The notes below the pieces were generated by a model. It made no database searches. It saw only the letters and a program-made list of their open reading frames with translations, and was not told the origin of the DNA. A stretch of DNA of 64,000 nt from Histomonas meleagridis 2922-C6/04-290x (taxonomy: Eukaryota > Protista > Parabasalia). The translations under genes and the position numbers were made by a program. The stretch lies in contig JAANOX010000193.1 in NCBI GenBank assembly GCA_020184695.1, forward strand, positions 1-64,000, given 5' to 3'. This document shows positions 58,639-64,000 of this stretch, one piece after another (the first letter of the stretch is position 1; each line of letters begins with the position of its first letter).

Positions 58639-59535
58639 TATAAAAATTAAAATAAATTCTTGAACTAAGTAAAAATAATATTTGGAATCAAAAATTAACA
58701 AAGAATTAAATATAAATACAAATGAACAAGCGGGAGAAATTGTTCAAACAGAAATTAAAAATGCAAATTTTCACATTAATAATATTGCAAATAATAAAGT
58801 AGAAAAAAACATTAATAAACACATTGAGCAATTCATACTATTGTGCAATTGGAATTTAAATAATTATATCAATATTCCGGCAAACATGCAATATGATAAT
58901 TCAGTAGCAAACTTCCAATAGAAATAAAGAAATTATAGTTTATAAAAATTGAATTAATTCCTTGATAATAATTGTAAATGCATTCTCTAATTAGAGTTAA
59001 CTGGTGCACCCGTCATGACTATATTAACAGTACGTATCGCAAAAATTAAAAAGTTGAAATAATTTTTTTTATTATGTTTCCATTAAATGAAATTGTATCT
59101 AAAGTTACTATATGTTAAAATTTAAAAAACAATGTGTATTGATCTTCTTGTAACACTGGGAATATTTTTTAAAAATCTTTTCACTATTATTTTATCGAAA
59201 ATTTGAACAAATGTGTATCACATTCTATTTTTATTCATATAAGGTACTTGCCGTCCTTGGATAGGCTTTTATATATATGGAAAAGATCTTTATCAATTCA
59301 GAAACAATATCGTCTGCGTCATTTCATTCCAGATTCCGATCAGTTTTTTCACGAAACATATTTGAACCAATTAACTGCCGACTGCGTTGTTTCTCATACA
59401 ATTTTTTTCAAAAATTCAAGAACACAAACAATTTATAACCGTTATCTCCACACAAATCCAACACATGCCTATGAAAAACTGACTAAATCAAAGCTCTTTA
59501 ATGGGACATTTATTTCATTGGTCACTTCGTATAAA

Positions 59536-62415
59536 ATGAATGAAGATACTGCAAGTATTAATCAAGAACTTCATCTTGATGAAGGATTAGAATTAGAAGA
59601 TGACTATGAAAAATGTTCTCCGAAAACGCAAAAATATGTAATTGCCGGAGTAACAATTGCTGTAGTGGTGATCATGTTGATTGTCTTGATGGTTGTTTTA
59701 ATACCTTCAAATGATAAGCCTATTTCTAATGACACTAATCAAACTAATTCAATTGCACCAAACCAAACATCTCTGATACCTACAGAAACAAATCAACCCA
59801 CAATGCCTACTCCTACGAATCCTCCTGTACCTACAGAACCCTTACCTACTGATTTAAGCTATATTACACTTGATGCAAATGCAGGCAGTGGTAAGCAAAT
59901 CAAAAAAGCTTATGTTCCAGGTCAAATTTTTGATGAATTAACTCATGATTTTTATAGAGAGGGATATAAATTTAATGCTTGGTGTTTTTCATCCTCTTGT
60001 GAATCCAAAGTACTATTTCCATATAAATTTAATGGTAACGTTACATTATATGCAAATTGGACCAAAGCAGACTATAAAAATATAACAATTAGTTTTCATC
60101 CATTAGGTGGAATTGGAACTATGAATCCACTTCATTGTACTTCAGATACATTAATACAAAGTATTCCAAATGGTTATCGTAGGACTCAATATTATTTTTC
60201 AGGTTGGTGTGCTGATCCTGGATTACCTATACCTGTTGTATTTCCACGAAAATTTACAGAAGATATTACATTGTATCCAAGATGGGATCTCCTTTCCAGT
60301 GCTGATGGTAAAATTACATTTGAAAGTAATGGAGGAAATGGAACAACTTTACCAATGGTCTGTTCATTTAACCAACCAGTACAAGAAATATTAAATACAT
60401 TTACTCCACCATCAAATGAATATTATTTTGATGGATTTTCTGAAAAAGACTCAAAACCAAAACTACTTTCAAATGAAGTTAAAAAAGTTACATTTCCATA
60501 TAACTTTACACGTAATGTAACATTTTTGCCAATATGGACAAAATATGTTTATCATACAGTTACATTTCATTTTAATGATGGCAAACCACAAAACAAATCC
60601 CAAAGTTATTTAAATGGAACAGAAGTAACTGAATTTACAAAACCTACAAGAGAGAATTATCTATTTGCTGGATGGTTTACATCAGAAGATCTTAAAGATG
60701 ATAAAAGAATAATATTCCCAATTCAAATCACTAAAAGTTTTGATGTTTATGCTAAATGGATTGATTATAAAGTTGTTGGTACAATTACATTTGATTCTAA
60801 TGGAGGATTTGGTACAATGCAACAACAATCTTTTCCATATGGAGTAATTATTAATGAATTCATTTCAACATTTCATAATACTGGATATGATTTTAATGGA
60901 TGGTATTTAACTCCAGAATGTACACCTGAATCACTTCTTAAGTTTCCATTTGTTTTCAAGCAATCAATGACTGTTTATGCTTCTTGGAAACTTAATATTC
61001 CAGAAGGAAAATGTTTAGTTGTTTATGACTTAAATGGCGAAGAAGGAAAAATAGAAGGACAATTAGGAACAATTGGTGACAATAACTTTGTATATCTTGA
61101 ACGACCACCGAAATTAGTTATGTCTAATAAGAAAGCATTTATTGGATGGTCGACCTCTAAATCAGAAAAATATTTCTTATATTCATATTTCCAACAGTGT
61201 ACATTAAATACCTGGAAAATCACAAATCAAATATTATGTCTATATGCCCAATGGTCCACAGATTATTATAGTATAACATTTGATCCTCTTGGAGGAGCTG
61301 GTAATATATCACCACTTTATGTCGACAAACAACTCCATAAAAATTTAGAAGTATATATACCTAATTTCACAATTACAAAGCCTAAAGCACAATTCCGAGG
61401 ATGGAGTACTATTTCAGGTCGATTAACACAATACTCACCATATATGCCTATGCCAAAGAATACAATAAACAGTGACATAACACTATATGGTGATTATATA
61501 GAAGAACTAATAGTGGATGGTGGAAATAGTGAGAAGTATAAAGGACAAACAATTTGGTTAAAGGGAATCACACCACCATCAAATGAAAGTAATTGGGTAT
61601 CACTTAAAAAATATCCGAATTGCAAAACATATCCATGGAAACACGGAGATGATTGGTGGAATGTAGCGAAGGTGGAACCATACGAAGGTGGTTTTGATTC
61701 TGATATGTGTTGGGCAGGCCACGCATCCAATGCACTTCATTGGTTCTGTGACCGTAATAAGAAATATATTGAGAAATATTTCGAGTTATTCCCGGACAAA
61801 CCAAAACCTAATATATCATATACTGATATTGACAAAAGTGGAATATTTGATGATATCAAAAAACATTGGATAAACGATGGTAACCAACCAGTCAATGGTT
61901 ATAACTGGTTTATCAGAGGCTTATTTGAGGAAGGCGGTGGTTACTTCAAAGATGTATTCCAAGATAAAGTTATAATCGATGTAACAGAGGGATCAGTAAG
62001 TTATGTAACACGAAAAGAATTTAACGAGTTTATTACAAACGCATTTGAAAAAGGAATATTCGTTGGTTGGGCAGTGGACTATGGTACAATCGCTCCACAT
62101 GCACTAACTATTTATGGCGTTAAATATGATGATGATGGATGGATAAGGAAAGTTTACTTTGTCGATAGTAATTCGAAAGGATTCCCAACAAGTGATGGCC
62201 GTTTTGCAGGAATGTGGGAGGGCAATATTATATATTACGATTTGGACATCCCAGATACTTGGAATAGAGATAAGGAAATGTATCCAAATAAGAAACCTAT
62301 TGCACATATGAAATATTGCTTTGATAAATGGGATGTCGTTCGAATGTTGGATTCATTTTACTTAGGACAAGACGTTTGGGAAGAATTCCTTCAAAAGAAT
62401 CAACCAAAGAAATAA
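59536..62415 (+). CDS. Type II membrane protein (959 aa): TM helix, Pro/Thr stalk, 7 InlB B-repeats, IdeS/Mac-1 family cysteine protease domain
   Basis: ATG 59536 with TCACTT initiator at 59522-27. TM YVIAGVTIAVVVIMLIVLMVVLI. Repeats end TLYANW, TLYPRW, TFLPIW, DVYAKW, TVYASW, CLYAQW and TLYGDY. Protease motifs: IWLKGITPP, DMCWAGHASNALHWF, PHALTIYG, VYFVDSN and LGQDVW. Confidence 0.88.
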   Translation: MNEDTASINQELHLDEGLELEDDYEKCSPKTQKYVIAGVTIAVVVIMLIVLMVVLIPSNDKPISNDTNQTNSIAPNQTSLIPTETNQPTMPTPTNPPVPTEPLPTDLSYITLDANAGSGKQIKKAYVPGQIFDELTHDFYREGYKFNAWCFSSSCESKVLFPYKFNGNVTLYANWTKADYKNITISFHPLGGIGTMNPLHCTSDTLIQSIPNGYRRTQYYFSGWCADPGLPIPVVFPRKFTEDITLYPRWDLLSSADGKITFESNGGNGTTLPMVCSFNQPVQEILNTFTPPSNEYYFDGFSEKDSKPKLLSNEVKKVTFPYNFTRNVTFLPIWTKYVYHTVTFHFNDGKPQNKSQSYLNGTEVTEFTKPTRENYLFAGWFTSEDLKDDKRIIFPIQITKSFDVYAKWIDYKVVGTITFDSNGGFGTMQQQSFPYGVIINEFISTFHNTGYDFNGWYLTPECTPESLLKFPFVFKQSMTVYASWKLNIPEGKCLVVYDLNGEEGKIEGQLGTIGDNNFVYLERPPKLVMSNKKAFIGWSTSKSEKYFLYSYFQQCTLNTWKITNQILCLYAQWSTDYYSITFDPLGGAGNISPLYVDKQLHKNLEVYIPNFTITKPKAQFRGWSTISGRLTQYSPYMPMPKNTINSDITLYGDYIEELIVDGGNSEKYKGQTIWLKGITPPSNESNWVSLKKYPNCKTYPWKHGDDWWNVAKVEPYEGGFDSDMCWAGHASNALHWFCDRNKKYIEKYFELFPDKPKPNISYTDIDKSGIFDDIKKHWINDGNQPVNGYNWFIRGLFEEGGGYFKDVFQDKVIIDVTEGSVSYVTRKEFNEFITNAFEKGIFVGWAVDYGTIAPHALTIYGVKYDDDGWIRKVYFVDSNSKGFPTSDGRFAGMWEGNIIYYDLDIPDTWNRDKEMYPNKKPIAHMKYCFDKWDVVRMLDSFYLGQDVWEEFLQKNQPKK

Positions 62416-63428
62416 AATACCCATTTTTACATTTTATTTGATAGGGTTTGAATCAAACATAGTTTGTTATTATTTGTGAATAAAATGATCGGCAGGAAAT
62501 TGAATGCATTGAATATTTTACCACAAATCCGAAAAATCAGATAAAAATAAACTGAAATAATTGAATCCATTTTTTGTTGTATTTTTGCTGAGTTAATATC
62601 TATGTTTCTTTTGCATATAATTTGAATAAATCAAACAGATATTTTGTAAATAATATTTAGATGTTATGTGTCACTGAAATAATAAAAAATCAAAAAAAAA
62701 ATTTTGCGCATCGATCAGATCGGCAACACATAAACATGCATTTTGAACTATATTCAAAAGTTAGAATATACTGATGCCTGCTGTGTTAAATATCATATTA
62801 AATTCAGATCCATATTTTTGACGTATTTTTCATTCAATTTAAACAAAGAATAACTCAACACACAATGATATTTTATATTAAAATTATTTTCAAAAACTAC
62901 ATCATGAGCACAATCAATTGATATATTGAAAATATGAATTTCTTCAAAAACGTGAAAAAGTGATTAATCATTTCGACTTTTTTCTGACAAAAAACAAATT
63001 GAAATAAAAATCGTTTTATTCCAATGTTATAGGTATTGTACGAGTTTTAATATTTTTGCATTTATTTACTCACTCATTTTCTGGGAAGACAGAATCATAA
63101 GGTCTAGGAAAACCGGAAAGTGACAAATTGGGTAGTAAACTTTTTTGACTATGTTTGTTTGAATCTTTTCCTTAATTAGACAATGATTTCATTGAGTTAT
63201 TGATTTTCTATGCTAGTCCATGTTTTCTTTGATTTATTATTCATGATAATTAAGAGATGAAGCGTAAACAATAATTGTCATTTATTCTTTCGCAAAAAAT
63301 AGTGTAAAAAAATATACCATTTTTTCAATGATTCTTTTTGAAAAAGTTGACTTTTTCTGATGAATTAATCATAATTTCATAGAACACATCAAACTTATGA
63401 CTTCACATTCGTGATTTTTCAGAATTTT

Positions 63429-64000
63429 TTATTGTTTAATTAATTCCCAAGATTCCTCGATATTTTCTTGAGAAATTCTGAGCCATGATTCAACAAGAAT
63501 TTCAATTGATACTTGATATGTTATGTTTTATGTTTGGTTCTTGAAAGCCAAATGCTCAAATTTATTTCGAGTTCTTGATTTAAGTTCCCCAAATACCTTA
63601 ACATCAAGAGATTGATATTTTGATGTTCCCTCGGCTGGAACAGATATTATCTCAATTTGAAGCTCTTGAGCTTTCAACTTAACATTTTCTGCTTGATGAG
63701 CAGGAAAAATGTCCCAAACTATAGCACATGGTTCACCATTGGCTTCATTATGAATCCATTATAAATAGGAAATCAGAATATCATCATTAGCCCATTTACG
63801 TTCAGTATGGGTAAAAATCAAATTTTCGTTTGATTTCTCAAATTCTTCTCGGACATATTCGTTTTGCCTTTGGCAATAATCCGAAGCGGCAACTTTGACC
63901 CATTTGCATTAATTGTTGCGATGGCCGTCAAAGTTAATTTCTCGTTTCGGATTGATTGGATTTTAATCGTTGGCACTCCAATCTTGTGTAATACTTTTGC
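63429..64000 (-). mobile_element. pogo-like DDE_1 transposase 3' part, runs off the window
   Basis: EKLTLTAIATINANGSKLPLRIIAKGKT, IVWDIFPAH and YQSLDVKVFGELK on the minus strand, with one internal TAA. Confidence 0.85.

Noticed and set aside
59203-59535. 111-codon upstream extension of the IdeS-like ORF
   Set aside because: TTG start and no motif, and a TCACTT initiator sits 9 nt before ATG 59536, so the extension is probably untranslated.

Overview
AT-rich eukaryotic DNA, inferred to be a parabasalid protist (Tritrichomonas/Histomonas-like). The inference rests on essentially intronless genes, TCAYT initiator motifs just upstream of ATGs, DUF3447-ankyrin and BEACH family genes, and TA-targeting mariner/pogo elements. 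1-18.9 kb is a nest of decayed Mutator, pogo and mariner transposons. It contains an endogenous virus fragment (kirkovirus-type capsid, two companion ORFs and a PriCT/D5-type SF3 helicase) whose ORFs reassemble in frame once two transposons are removed. 19-45 kb holds ordinary genes: bromodomain-like, BEACH, IleRS, DDB1/CPSF-like, RhoGEF-kelch, HECT, Sec8 and USP. 45-64 kb is accessory and holds the two strongest signals. (1) Three ankyrin loci in which the four codons of each xxGx beta-hairpin linker are separated by invariant-length 17-nt, about 90% AT, non-GT/AG inserts (40 copies). Removing them leaves single-codon micro-exons that spell typical linkers (NDGK, RLGR, NYGD, KQGN, NHGR, DIGE) and restores a 679-aa ORF. 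(2) A membrane-anchored protein with InlB B-repeats ending in an apparently intact IdeS/Mac-1 (IgG-endopeptidase family) domain. All family calls come from motif recognition and manual translation, not from database searches.
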